A stretch of 64,000 nucleotides of DNA, taken from assembly GCA_016214035.1 (NCBI GenBank), contig JACRPF010000014.1:292244-356243 (forward strand). Direction: 5' to 3'. The notes under the pieces are model-generated. The model did no database searches, was not told the DNA's origin, and saw only the letters and a program-made list of their open reading frames with translations. Each line of letters begins with the position of its first letter. Position 1 is the first letter of the stretch. Below, piece after piece: positions 45,082 to 54,618 of the stretch. The translations under genes and the position numbers were made by a program. The stretch is from Spirochaetota bacterium. Its GTDB lineage: Bacteria > Spirochaetota > Brachyspiria > Brachyspirales > JACRPF01.

Positions 45082-46515
45082 TTATACGACCTCAAGGTTG
45101 ATCATACTGATATCATCATCGAACGTGTCGATACCGCGGAACGCAACCAAACGCGAGTAAATTTTCTCTATGAACGTGTGATTATGATATGATGATAATT
45201 GCAGGAGTTCATGCGGCAGTATATCTTCAAATGAGCCCTGTCGGTCACTCATATTTTTCGCCTCGGTAAGACCATCGGTGTACAAAAGCAGCTTGCCGCC
45301 CTTGGGCAGTTTTATCCGGACATTCTTGTAGCTCTGCTCCGACCCCACCAGCGAATCGTTGCCGACAACGGCTATCGGCATGCCCGTGTACTCTTTGCAT
45401 TCAATGGCCTTAATATGGTGGTCTACAAGAAGGAACGGCGGATTGTGCGCCGCATTCGAAAATACGATATCATTCGTGTCCGGATTATATACGCAGTAAA
45501 ACGCGGTCATATAATTGTCCGCCGTCTGTTTATTGAGAATCTCGTTCAGGTGCATAAGCATTGCTGCGGGATTTGCGCTGAACTGATGCGATTCCTTCAG
45601 TATGCATTTCACCATTGAGGTGATGAGCGCCGCGGGTACGCCGTGTCCGGATACATCGCCAAGGAATATCGACACCTTGCCGTCGGGCAGTTCCCAGAAA
45701 TCGAAAATATCCCCGCCAACTTCCTCCATGGGCTTATAAAACGTAGTTATATATTCAACGGGGCTGTTATCGGGAATCAATTCCTGCTGTATGAGCCGCG
45801 CCATTGCAAGCTCTTTTTGCATCTTACTATCGCGTATTTTTAATTCGTTCTTCTCACGTTCAAGTTCGCGCTCGTTTTCCTCAATCTCCCGCCGCTGCAG
45901 AAAATCGCTGCGTATATAGCGCTCCATATGGTAATTGACGAACATCCCGATGACATTCGCCGATATGAAAAAGAAATTATTGTTGATGAAACCGTTGATG
46001 AGCTCGGGTGACGAAAGCATGTTTTTAACCGACAATGCCACCACCTCATACGCCAGCACCATCACCCAGCTCACGGCAACCGCATAGACAAGACGCAGAC
46101 GTATCATCGCGTACACCCACATGATGACGAGCAGCAGTCCCGCATAATAATACAACGCGCTTTCCTTCTCAACGGCAACACCTATCATCGTGACGATGCC
46201 GAGTCCGGTGATAAGACTGATGCAGCCGAGTATGAACTGCATAAGTTTCTTGAATACCGGCGTAAATGTAAGCACGAATGCGGCGGCTAATGCGGGACAT
46301 ACTATCGCGAAACGTATCAGCCAGATATACTTTTTTGAAACGGGGACGATATAGATGTCGAGAATGCCGAACGAGCCGTACAGTATGATGCCCAGTATCA
46401 GTCCTATCCGGATAATATTGAGCGATTTGATATAGTAATCTTCGTAAAACGCCTTTTCCAGCGGCGCATCGAATAACAGATTATGTCTTTTTAGCAGATC
46501 ACTGAAATACGGCAT
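45082..46515 (-). CDS. Multi-pass membrane PP2C/SpoIIE-family phosphatase
   Basis: The N-terminal ~200 aa hold about 6-7 hydrophobic helices, followed by a coiled coil (EENERELEREKNELK). SpoIIE motifs: ARLIQQELIP, GGDIFDFW, FLGDVSGHGVPAALITSM, LLLYTDGLTEA, DDDIS. AGGAG RBS. Confidence 0.85.
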   Translation of the reverse strand: MPYFSDLLKRHNLLFDAPLEKAFYEDYYIKSLNIIRIGLILGIILYGSFGILDIYIVPVSKKYIWLIRFAIVCPALAAAFVLTFTPVFKKLMQFILGCISLITGLGIVTMIGVAVEKESALYYYAGLLLVIMWVYAMIRLRLVYAVAVSWVMVLAYEVVALSVKNMLSSPELINGFINNNFFFISANVIGMFVNYHMERYIRSDFLQRREIEENERELEREKNELKIRDSKMQKELAMARLIQQELIPDNSPVEYITTFYKPMEEVGGDIFDFWELPDGKVSIFLGDVSGHGVPAALITSMVKCILKESHQFSANPAAMLMHLNEILNKQTADNYMTAFYCVYNPDTNDIVFSNAAHNPPFLLVDHHIKAIECKEYTGMPIAVVGNDSLVGSEQSYKNVRIKLPKGGKLLLYTDGLTEAKNMSDRQGSFEDILPHELLQLSSYHNHTFIEKIYSRLVAFRGIDTFDDDISMINLEVV

Positions 46516-46546
46516 ACGGCATCTCCTGCATCATACCTGTTCTTTC

Positions 46547-46921
46547 TCACCAGAACCGTGACACATCGGGATGAACATCGGGATGTTCCAGATGAAAAGT
46601 CTTTATCAATTTCTGCAGTATCACCTGCTCCTGCGGGGATATATCCGTTATCGTGAATCCCATGCTGTAATACCCGCTGCCGTTCTCACGGCGGCACCAC
46701 TTGCATACCGCGTGAAATATTATATGTCCGCCGCCCATGACATTCTTGGGCAGGTCCATGCGCAGCGAATACGCGCGTCCCGTCTCGGCGCACAGATCGC
46801 TGATGAGCATCATGCCCTGCGGTGTTATATCCGCAAGCTGCCCCAGAGGAGTTCCCGCCTCGGTGTCGAAAACCCGCAGATAATAAATAAGATTCATGCG
46901 TTTCTTTCTTCTGATATTCAT
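46547..46921 (-). CDS. PilZ-domain (c-di-GMP receptor-type) protein
   Basis: N-terminal RRKKR (RxxxR-type motif), then LADITPQGMMLIS (a D-x-S/T-x-x-G-type motif) and a beta-barrel-like remainder. GGAGGTG RBS. Confidence 0.7.
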   Translation of the reverse strand: MNIRRKKRMNLIYYLRVFDTEAGTPLGQLADITPQGMMLISDLCAETGRAYSLRMDLPKNVMGGGHIIFHAVCKWCRRENGSGYYSMGFTITDISPQEQVILQKLIKTFHLEHPDVHPDVSRFW

Positions 46922-46926
46922 TTTCT

Positions 46927-48360
46927 TTACACCTCCGTGTTCGAACTGTTATTATTCCCGCGGGGCAATTTCCGGACAAGCACGAGTGATATATCATCCG
47001 CCTGCTCCGACTGAAACGCCTGTATGTCTTTCAGAATTCCGTTGAGCACATCCTGCGCAACGGTGCTGGCTGATGCATGACGCTCGAACGCCGCCTGCAG
47101 ACGCTCCTGGCCGAACAGCTCACCCGTGCTGTTCGCCCCTTCGGTTGCCCCGTCGGTGTAGAGCAGCACCATGTCATTGTCCGCTATGGTGATGGTGCGC
47201 GTCTCCATGCTTTCATCTATGTTGTCAGCAATTCCAAGCCATGTCCCTTTTGTGGCAACACTTGATACGGTGCGGTCGGCGGCTCGTGATATCATAACAT
47301 CCTGATGATGTCCGGTAAGCATCAGTTTATCGTCCTCAAGCTGCATAACCATCATCGTCATATAGTGATTCGAACCGAGCCGGGCTATATTCTCACGCAG
47401 CACCGCGTTCGTCGTGCTCAGGAGATTCACCGGATGGCAGGCATGGACGCTTTTTATCTTGGTCATGACGCTTGTCTGAGCCATCATCATGATGAGCCCC
47501 GAGTCTACGCCGTGTCCGGACACATCGCCGATGGTTATCCACCGGTCGCCGGATACCGTCTCAATGATATCGAAGTAATCCCCGCCAACATCCGCGGCGG
47601 GGAGCATGACGGTGGCTACATCATAACCGCGTATGGAATGCACCTTCGGCAGCAGCGCCGTCTGTATGCGCTTGGCAAGCTCCATCTCGCTCCACAACGC
47701 GTCGCGCGTCTTTTTTACCTCAAGGAGCAGGAGGAATTCGTTCTTGAGCAGCCGGTAACGGACGTAGGTGATGCAGGTGACGATAATCGATGTCGCACCG
47801 AGAAAGAACATATTGTTGATGAAAATTGACGGTTCGAATTGATGTCCTATGAACAGATTACTGCCCGCATAAAACAGCAGCGTCACCGCCGCGTTTATCG
47901 CCGTATGATACGCTTTCCACGGCATGAGAAGATTGACGCCGATGATTATCAGATTAAGGCCGGCATAATAGCTTGAATTGAATCCGCCGAGGTGCAGCGT
48001 CATGATTGAAATAATGACGCTTATCTGTGTGGACATGAGATATGCGTAAAGGAATGTCCAGCGGCTCGGTTTCTGTTTCCGTATGATGAGGAACTGAACG
48101 ATGGCGATGAATGCCGATATGGAACGGTAGATGGCAAACCGCGGAAGCAGCGCGGGGGGCATCATGAAAACGTCGAGCACGAAAAACAGCGGCACCAGTA
48201 CCGCGGCAAGCTTGCACAGGGCATGCATCCAGTCGTGCAGGATGACGATGCGATACTGTTCGAAATCTCCCGAATCTATGGCTCGCGCTATGGCCGCTTC
48301 AACCGTGTTGCCGTTCTTGGCGTGACGGTGTATGTCGGGTTTGCGCACTGCGCTCATCAA
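46927..48360 (-). CDS. Multi-pass membrane PP2C/SpoIIE-family phosphatase (second copy)
   Basis: Has a hydrophobic N-terminal half. SpoIIE motifs: AKRIQTALLP, GGDYFDII, TIGDVSGHGVDSGLIMMM, VLLYTDGATEG, ADDIS. ATGA overlap with the methyltransferase gene. Confidence 0.85.
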   Translation of the reverse strand: MMSAVRKPDIHRHAKNGNTVEAAIARAIDSGDFEQYRIVILHDWMHALCKLAAVLVPLFFVLDVFMMPPALLPRFAIYRSISAFIAIVQFLIIRKQKPSRWTFLYAYLMSTQISVIISIMTLHLGGFNSSYYAGLNLIIIGVNLLMPWKAYHTAINAAVTLLFYAGSNLFIGHQFEPSIFINNMFFLGATSIIVTCITYVRYRLLKNEFLLLLEVKKTRDALWSEMELAKRIQTALLPKVHSIRGYDVATVMLPAADVGGDYFDIIETVSGDRWITIGDVSGHGVDSGLIMMMAQTSVMTKIKSVHACHPVNLLSTTNAVLRENIARLGSNHYMTMMVMQLEDDKLMLTGHHQDVMISRAADRTVSSVATKGTWLGIADNIDESMETRTITIADNDMVLLYTDGATEGANSTGELFGQERLQAAFERHASASTVAQDVLNGILKDIQAFQSEQADDISLVLVRKLPRGNNNSSNTEV

Positions 48361-49760
48361 GCGTCTCCGTTAGCGGGCTTTTTTATATGAAGCATCATCT
48401 GAATATTCGTGGCGTCGAACTCAAGACGTGTTGCCGCACCCGAAAGCGTGTCAGCCAGGCCGATGAACTCGTTATCAGAACGAAGCAGTATCTTCCAGTC
48501 AAGCCAGTACTCCATGAACAGACGGTTGGGGTTCTGCACGCGGTAGTTGCCGATAACCGCCTCGCCTCCCGGTTTGAGCAGCTGATAAAGCTTTTTCAAT
48601 ACCGCCGTTGCAGTCGGCGCGGTAAGATAATCGAACAGCCCCATCGAGTATATGAAATTGAACTGTCCCCATTGCTGTTTCAGCTTGTCGGTTGCCAGCA
48701 TCGTCCGCACCGATTCCCTGATAAAGTCAACCGACACGGGGGCTTCGAGCACCGTTTCCCTGTCCTTCACCACCTTTGCGGCTTCAAGAAGCGCGTGCTG
48801 GTCCTGGTCGAGCAGAGAAAAGTGCAGTCTCGCCGCATCTTCTTTGGTCTTTAAAATATCATAGAGCTCATACACGGGTCCGCAGGCAACGGAGAGTACG
48901 CGCACTCTTTCATGTGCGGGAATTCCCGAAGTGACAACGTATTCATCGAGTGCGTGCGCGAGCACCGACCGGCGGTTGCGCACGGCCTGAGCGGCCGGAA
49001 GTTCTATCGCGTATTTGTGGAGAATGCGTCCGAAAAGAGAATCGCCCATTATCTCTTTCTGATAGATCATCCGCATCATCTCCGAGTCTCCGGCATATCC
49101 GCGCGGCTTCAGATTGGTGCGCGCCATGATCGGCACCGAAATCAGGATATTCCACATCTGCCGGCGGAAATAGAATCCGTGATGCTCGTGTTCCGATGAA
49201 CTGAAATTCGTCGTGATATACTTGAGTTCGAGCATACGGTCATCAAGGTACTCCATGAGCTTTTTACCCATGCCTTCGAACACATGCTTGTCGATTACCG
49301 CGCGCACCTCCGGCGGTTCATGCTCGCCCTCGGCCTCAAGCCGGTCAAGGCGGTTCTTGTAGGTATTGAGGTCGTAGGTTATGTCGGTAACATAGTTCTT
49401 GAACGACGGCTCAATGCTGTCCTTATAGCGGAGCATGAGCGCCATGCTCATCGAATCGGTCTCAAGCTGTTCCACACGCGAGCGAAAGAACAGTGCGTTG
49501 AAATCGAGCATGGTGCTGTCGGGAACCGCACGCCGCATATGCTGCCCGGCAAGCTCGGGTTCTCGCATAAGGCGGCATGGACCGAGATCAACGTCCCTGC
49601 CGTCCATACGCAGTGATACATCCTCTACCGAATCGCCGATATCCTCATCGCTTATCTCCACCAGTATTGAATGTGTGGACATGAACCGCGCCTTGGTGTC
49701 GATACGGCGTGCGCCCGCGGTGAGTATCGCGTCGAGTACCGGTGGTGTTTGCGTTGTCAT
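48357..49760 (-). CDS. Class I SAM-dependent methyltransferase with a long N-terminal regulatory region (PhcB-like family)
   Basis: C-terminal Rossmann motifs VRVLSVACGPVYEL, FNFIYSMGLFDYL, LKPGGEAVIGN. The upstream motif KPRGYAGDSEMMRMIY is one I associate with PhcB-type methyl-ester-synthase-like methyltransferases. ATGA overlaps on both sides. Confidence 0.65.
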   Translation of the reverse strand: MTTQTPPVLDAILTAGARRIDTKARFMSTHSILVEISDEDIGDSVEDVSLRMDGRDVDLGPCRLMREPELAGQHMRRAVPDSTMLDFNALFFRSRVEQLETDSMSMALMLRYKDSIEPSFKNYVTDITYDLNTYKNRLDRLEAEGEHEPPEVRAVIDKHVFEGMGKKLMEYLDDRMLELKYITTNFSSSEHEHHGFYFRRQMWNILISVPIMARTNLKPRGYAGDSEMMRMIYQKEIMGDSLFGRILHKYAIELPAAQAVRNRRSVLAHALDEYVVTSGIPAHERVRVLSVACGPVYELYDILKTKEDAARLHFSLLDQDQHALLEAAKVVKDRETVLEAPVSVDFIRESVRTMLATDKLKQQWGQFNFIYSMGLFDYLTAPTATAVLKKLYQLLKPGGEAVIGNYRVQNPNRLFMEYWLDWKILLRSDNEFIGLADTLSGAATRLEFDATNIQMMLHIKKPANGDA

Positions 49761-50131
49761 TTTTCAATTCCTTCGATGAGTATCCGGTGGTCATTGGTCT
49801 GAAAAATGCCGAGTGCCGAGAACGATATGTCCTGCCACTTCATCGCCTTGTTATAGAGCACGGTCACTTCGCCGTCGCTCACGCGCGCCTTCTCGAGAAT
49901 CTTGATTACCGGCGTGAGCGTTGACGAGTTCATGTAGAGCAGATCGCGGAAATCCAGAACGAGCCGCTGTCCGCGGTTCTTCGCTTCGGTGAGCGCATTG
50001 AGCACGATGGGCATGACGAACTCCGCGGGATTGCGCAATATGCTTTTCCCCGTAAAGTGCATGGTCAGCGAGCGTTCGTCCTTGAATATCTCGATATGCA
50101 GCATGTCGTTGTCATAGCGTTCTGTTTCCAT
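49757..50131 (-). CDS. SiaC-like (DUF1987) STAS-fold partner-switching protein
   Basis: 124 aa. LTMHFTGKSILRNPAEF...LVLDFRDLLYMNSSTLTPVIKILEKA...EVTVLYN parallels the SiaC pattern (G-x-S-x-P-E-N...L-x-L-x-x-L-Y-L-N-T-S-S...W-x-Y) that I recall for P. aeruginosa SiaC. Confidence 0.6.
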   Translation of the reverse strand: METERYDNDMLHIEIFKDERSLTMHFTGKSILRNPAEFVMPIVLNALTEAKNRGQRLVLDFRDLLYMNSSTLTPVIKILEKARVSDGEVTVLYNKAMKWQDISFSALGIFQTNDHRILIEGIEK

Positions 50132-50145
50132 ACCTGCCTCCGCCG

Positions 50146-50634
50146 TCAGTCAATGATCGCAACAGCCGACACATTGATCATGCTGTTGTCTTTTATGAAA
50201 AAATCTATTGACGCCCTTCCTTCATGCGCTATTCTCGCAATACCCAAACCGCTCTTATTTTTCTCCAATGGCTCCTGTGAGATTGCCTTCATGCGTTCCA
50301 GATATGCCTCGAACGGATCCTGAAATCCCCGTATCCACTGTATGGTCCTGTCAAGTTCATGAATATACGGCAGCGAACTCTTATCGAGCGGATTGGTTAC
50401 CTGCGCGGTGAAGGTTATGTCATTGAGACTTGCGTTTACGTTAATGAATTCCCCCGATGCTCCGCAGCTTCCGTATTTTATGGCATTCTCTACAAGCTCG
50501 CAGATTACCATGGTGTAGCGTATCACCGACTCCTCCGACAGATTCTGCTCCCGAAGGAAATCGCCGGCGGATTTATTCACGCGTTCGATTTCTTGCCAGT
50601 CAAACGACACCTGTAATTCAAGTTCACCTGACAT
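50146..50634 (-). CDS. SiaB/RsbW-like small HATPase-fold Ser/Thr kinase (anti-sigma regulatory factor type)
   Basis: 162 aa. N-box-like MVICELVENAIKYG and G-box-like KSGLGIARIA. Lies 14 nt upstream of the SiaC-like gene and 5 nt downstream of the GGDEF-EAL gene. Confidence 0.6.
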   Translation of the reverse strand: MSGELELQVSFDWQEIERVNKSAGDFLREQNLSEESVIRYTMVICELVENAIKYGSCGASGEFINVNASLNDITFTAQVTNPLDKSSLPYIHELDRTIQWIRGFQDPFEAYLERMKAISQEPLEKNKSGLGIARIAHEGRASIDFFIKDNSMINVSAVAIID

Positions 50635-50639
50635 ACGTT

Positions 50640-52685
50640 TTATTCCCCCAGCCGGTAAATATTATCACATCGTCCGTCGACAAGGATTGACTGCATCTGA
50701 TCCGCAGCGGCGGCAACACTGCAGAAATGTCCCTGGATATAACGGCACCCGCACGCTCTGAGCAGCCGGACTTGCGCTTCCGTTTCCACACCCTCGGCTA
50801 TCACCTCGAATTTGAGACTTTTACCCATGGCCACTATCGCCGTTGCTATTGCGAGACAGCGCTCATCCGAGGCCAGCTCCCTGATGAATGACTGGTCTAT
50901 CTTGATGCGGTCGATGGGCAGTTTTGCAAGATACGACAGTGATGAGTACTTGGTCCCGAAGTCGTCTATCGTTATGCTTGCCTTTGCCGATTTTAACCAT
51001 TCAAGCTTATGCAGTGTATCCCGGGACGCATCCACCAGCATGCTTTCGGTGAGTTCCAGCTCAATGTATTCCATCAGAAAACCGGTCTCATGAACAATCG
51101 CAGTGATAGTATCCAAAAAATCCGGCTGCCTGAGCTGCAGCGCGGAAATATTAATCGCAATGCGAAGCGGCGGCAACCCCGAATCCAACCATGACTTCCC
51201 CTGCCGGCACGCTTCGCGGATGATTTGTCTGCCGATATCAACGATGAGACCGGTATCCTCAGCTATCTCGATGAATTCCGCCGCACATACCACCGGACCT
51301 TCCGGGTCCTGCCAGCGTGCAAGCGCCTCCAATCCGGTGAGCTTTCCGCTGATGATATCGATCTGCGGCTGATAATAGACGAGAAATTCCTTCATCTGAA
51401 TCGCCTGGCGCAGCTTCGACTGCATGGCAAGCCGTTTCATCGCCTGCGTATTCATCTCACGCGAGAAAAACTGATGACTGTTCTTGCCAAGCTCCTTTGA
51501 ACGATAGAGCGCGACATCCGCGTTCTGCAGAAGCGTATCGGCGTTGTCGGCATCATCCGGATATACCGCTATGCCGATGCTTGCCGTGATGTTGAGTTCC
51601 CGGTGGGCAACCATCAGCGGTTCGGAAATGCGGCTGAGTATCTTCTGCGCCACCTGGAGTGCGTTGCGTGAATCGTCGATACCCGGAAGGATCGCGGTGA
51701 ATTCATCGCCGCCCATTCGCGCCACGGTATCAGTCTCACGAACGCTCTGACGAAGACGGTCCGCCACCTCCCTCAGGAGCGCATCGCCTGCGCCGTGACC
51801 GAGATGATCGTTGATGATTTTGAAATCGTCAAGATCCATGAACATTACGGCAACCGTCTCTCCGCTCCGGTGTGCGTGTTCGAGCGTAAGCTCCAGTCTG
51901 TCCTGGAAATTACGCCTGTTCGGCAGCCCCGTCAGGCTGTCGTAATGCGCCATATTGTACAACTGTTCCTGCGTCTGTTTCAGCGTGGAAATGTCGGAAA
52001 AAAGACACACATACCGTGTGGGGCTGTTGCCGCCGTTGGGTACCGCACTGATTGACATCCACTTCGGATATATTTCTCCGTTTTTACGTCTATCCCAGAG
52101 CTCACCCTGCCAATTACCGTGTTTCGTCACCGCGTCCCACATCTGCCGGTAGAATTCAGTGTCATGACGTCCCGAATTCAGAATGGTGAAATTCTCGCCG
52201 AGTATTTCCTCGCGTGAATAGCCGGTGATGTTGCAGAATGCGCTGTTCACATCAACTATACGTCCGTCCGAATCAATTATCATCACCGCCTCAACCACAT
52301 TGTCAAACACCTGAGAGCTCAAGAGGAGCTTCTGATCCGCCATCTTTCGGCTGGTAATATCCATGCCGTAGAGATACACGGTATGTGCGTCATTTGAAGG
52401 AACGATGTATATCTGAATCGACTTGATGCCGATATGCTCTTCCACCTCAAACAGCTCACGGTGTTCAAGCGCTTCATTCACATGGTCAATCCATTCCCGG
52501 GGAACGAATTCGCCGACCTGACATTTCCAATGCGCAAGCAGGAGCCAGCTGTTCTGATTGGCGTAGATGATCATCCCGTCCCTGTTCAGATAAAGAACGG
52601 CAAACGGTGCGACACCGACGAGATTCGAGAAGCCGCCTGCCTCCCGCACTTCATCAATGAGTTCGTTTTTAACCGCGGGGCTCAT
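50640..52685 (-). CDS. PAS-PAS-GGDEF-EAL c-di-GMP turnover protein
   Basis: Two PAS-like regions (...FAVLYLNRDGMIIYANQ..., ...EAVMIIDSDGRIVDVNSAFCNITGY...). GGDEF site RMGGDEFTAIL. EAL signature GLEALARWQ, with DDFGTKYSSL and later conserved blocks. Start set at the ATG 52685, which forms an ATGA overlap with the zinc-ribbon gene stop; the track ORF extends to 52727. Confidence 0.85.
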   Translation of the reverse strand: MSPAVKNELIDEVREAGGFSNLVGVAPFAVLYLNRDGMIIYANQNSWLLLAHWKCQVGEFVPREWIDHVNEALEHRELFEVEEHIGIKSIQIYIVPSNDAHTVYLYGMDITSRKMADQKLLLSSQVFDNVVEAVMIIDSDGRIVDVNSAFCNITGYSREEILGENFTILNSGRHDTEFYRQMWDAVTKHGNWQGELWDRRKNGEIYPKWMSISAVPNGGNSPTRYVCLFSDISTLKQTQEQLYNMAHYDSLTGLPNRRNFQDRLELTLEHAHRSGETVAVMFMDLDDFKIINDHLGHGAGDALLREVADRLRQSVRETDTVARMGGDEFTAILPGIDDSRNALQVAQKILSRISEPLMVAHRELNITASIGIAVYPDDADNADTLLQNADVALYRSKELGKNSHQFFSREMNTQAMKRLAMQSKLRQAIQMKEFLVYYQPQIDIISGKLTGLEALARWQDPEGPVVCAAEFIEIAEDTGLIVDIGRQIIREACRQGKSWLDSGLPPLRIAINISALQLRQPDFLDTITAIVHETGFLMEYIELELTESMLVDASRDTLHKLEWLKSAKASITIDDFGTKYSSLSYLAKLPIDRIKIDQSFIRELASDERCLAIATAIVAMGKSLKFEVIAEGVETEAQVRLLRACGCRYIQGHFCSVAAAADQMQSILVDGRCDNIYRLGE

Positions 52686-52981
52686 TTGCCGTCCTGTCGC
52701 ATATTTCCGGCATGATGAGCGTCGCATGATCCCGGTGAAATGTGTTTATCATGTTCCTCCGGGACCATACGACATTCCTGCGGTATATCCAGCTCCTTTT
52801 CACACTGCCTGCATATGGTCTTCGTCAGAATATCATCATTGCCGTCGTTACGCATGGAAATACTGAACAGCATATGCAGCATGCACCGGGCGCATACGTG
52901 CTGATATGTCGTACTTAAACAGCTTGCATCAAAAAGCCTGAGCGTCTGTTCATTGCATCGATCACATTGACATACCGGCAT
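52682..52981 (-). CDS. Small CxxC...CxxC zinc-ribbon protein (paralog of 35130-35345) with an extra C-terminal Cys cluster
   Basis: QCDRCNEQTLRLFDASCLSTTYQHVCARCMLHML aligns Cys-for-Cys with QCECCKHFTMRLYNADSYNDRYRYVCSSCLLELV. GGAG RBS 8 nt upstream. Confidence 0.6.
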   Translation of the reverse strand: MPVCQCDRCNEQTLRLFDASCLSTTYQHVCARCMLHMLFSISMRNDGNDDILTKTICRQCEKELDIPQECRMVPEEHDKHISPGSCDAHHAGNMRQDGK

Positions 52982-53019
52982 GATGAAACTCCATGACGAG
53001 ATGTAATCTTATTTATAAT

Positions 53020-53035
53020 TGCAACAAATAGACCA
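53020..53035 (-). promoter_or_regulatory. Sigma54 (-24/-12)-type promoter candidate for the Sia-like operon
   Basis: Minus strand reads TGGTCTatttgTTGCA (GG-N10-GC with a perfect TTGCA -12 element and a degenerate -24 flank). Sits 38 nt upstream of the ATG at 52981 and directly downstream of a sigma54-activator gene. Confidence 0.45.
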
Positions 53036-53155
53036 ATCATGGTGACAGTATGCAAAAAATATTCAATTGATTTCATCGGTGAATTCGAGACATTTCAGGG
53101 ATATCAGTGCGCACTCGTTTACTGCACCATGAACCCCTGTTAAATATTCCGACAA

Positions 53156-54607
53156 TTAGAGCGATATTTTTTTCGGTGCGTCCGTATTATCCGGCGGTGT
53201 TCTCAGGGACTTAAGCTTGCTGTTAAGTGTTGTTCTCGTAATACCGAGCAGCCGCGCTGCTACACCCTGATTATTCGACGAACGTTCCATTGCCTTGGCT
53301 ATCATTATTTTTTCCATTTCGTTCAACGATGGGAAATGGTCGCCGCTAATCTCCACGGCAGCCGCGGCTGCGGCAGGTTCATGCGTTACATCAGAATCCG
53401 TTGTATCGGGAATGATGCGCTGTTTAAAATATTCAAGCGAAATCACATGCGACTCATGCCTGCTTACCGCATCATGTATCATCATCTCAAGCTCGCGGAC
53501 ATTGCCGGGAAAATGATATACCTTCAGGAGCGGGATAAGTTCCGCCGGATACGTCGGCTTTTTCTTACCGAGCTCGTCGGCAGCTTTTTTCATGAAATGA
53601 TCGACAAGCGCGGGTATGTCTTCATGCCGTTCGCGAAGCGGCGGCACATGTATGCGGTGCGCTGCGAAACGGTAATAGAGGTCTTTTCTGAACTCGCCGG
53701 ATTCCTGCGCCTTTTCGATATTCTTGTTGGTGGCGGCTATGATGCGCGCGTCCGAACGCAGCGGCATATCGGAGCCCAATGGATAATACTCGCGTTCCTG
53801 CAATAGTCTGAGCAGTTTTACCTGGGACTGCTGCGTAATATCTCCTATCTCGTCAAGAAAGAGCGTTCCGCCGGCGGCTTCTTTTATCAGCCCCGTACGT
53901 GCCGTATCAGCGCCGGTATATGCCCCCTTGCGATGCCCGAAGAGCGTGTCGGAAAACATCATATCGTCAAGGCCGGCCACATTCACGGCGATGAGCTGTC
54001 CGGTGCGTCCGCTCGCCGTATGCACCGCGCGCGCGACAAGTTCCTTTCCCACGCCGGTCTCCCCGGTTATCAATACCGGCTGTCCGGAAGGGCCTATCGA
54101 TTCAATGTATTTAAAGAGCGCACGCATGCGTTCACTTTCTGTGATAATCGTGTTGAAGAATTCAGGACGCTGCAGTCCGCCCACCACGCGTTCCGAGAGC
54201 AGCCGGTTCTCACGTTCAAGCTCTTTCATCCGGATGCAGTTCTTCACCGTGGCGATCAGCAGACTTTTTTCAACCGGCTTGAGGAGATAATCAGATGCGC
54301 CCATCTTCATGCAGCGGACGACGGTATCAAGTTCACCCGTGCTCGTAACGATGATCACCGGTATGTGCGGATAGTTCTTGACGGATGACTCGAGTATCTC
54401 AGTACCGGTAAGGTACGGCATGGTAAGATCAAGTATCATAAGTTCGACAGGCTTCTCCGCGAGTATCGATGCAACCGTGCGCGGATCGGGACAGCCTATC
54501 GTATTCGTTATGCCCGCCGTCGCAAGCGCGATGGTAATACTGTCAACGACAAACGACTCATCGTCGACGATCAGTATCGGATTCTGCGGATAATGCATCG
54601 GTTCCAT
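53156..54607 (-). CDS. Sigma54-dependent response regulator (NtrC family: REC + AAA+ + Fis-type HTH)
   Basis: REC domain (ILIVDDE...LMILDLTMP...KP). Walker A GETGVGKE, GAFTGA-type loop GAYTGA, Walker B LFLDEIGD. C-terminal HTH GVAARLLGITRTTLNSKLKSL. Confidence 0.9.
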   Translation of the reverse strand: MEPMHYPQNPILIVDDESFVVDSITIALATAGITNTIGCPDPRTVASILAEKPVELMILDLTMPYLTGTEILESSVKNYPHIPVIIVTSTGELDTVVRCMKMGASDYLLKPVEKSLLIATVKNCIRMKELERENRLLSERVVGGLQRPEFFNTIITESERMRALFKYIESIGPSGQPVLITGETGVGKELVARAVHTASGRTGQLIAVNVAGLDDMMFSDTLFGHRKGAYTGADTARTGLIKEAAGGTLFLDEIGDITQQSQVKLLRLLQEREYYPLGSDMPLRSDARIIAATNKNIEKAQESGEFRKDLYYRFAAHRIHVPPLRERHEDIPALVDHFMKKAADELGKKKPTYPAELIPLLKVYHFPGNVRELEMMIHDAVSRHESHVISLEYFKQRIIPDTTDSDVTHEPAAAAAAVEISGDHFPSLNEMEKIMIAKAMERSSNNQGVAARLLGITRTTLNSKLKSLRTPPDNTDAPKKISL

Positions 54608-54618
54608 AATGAACTCCT

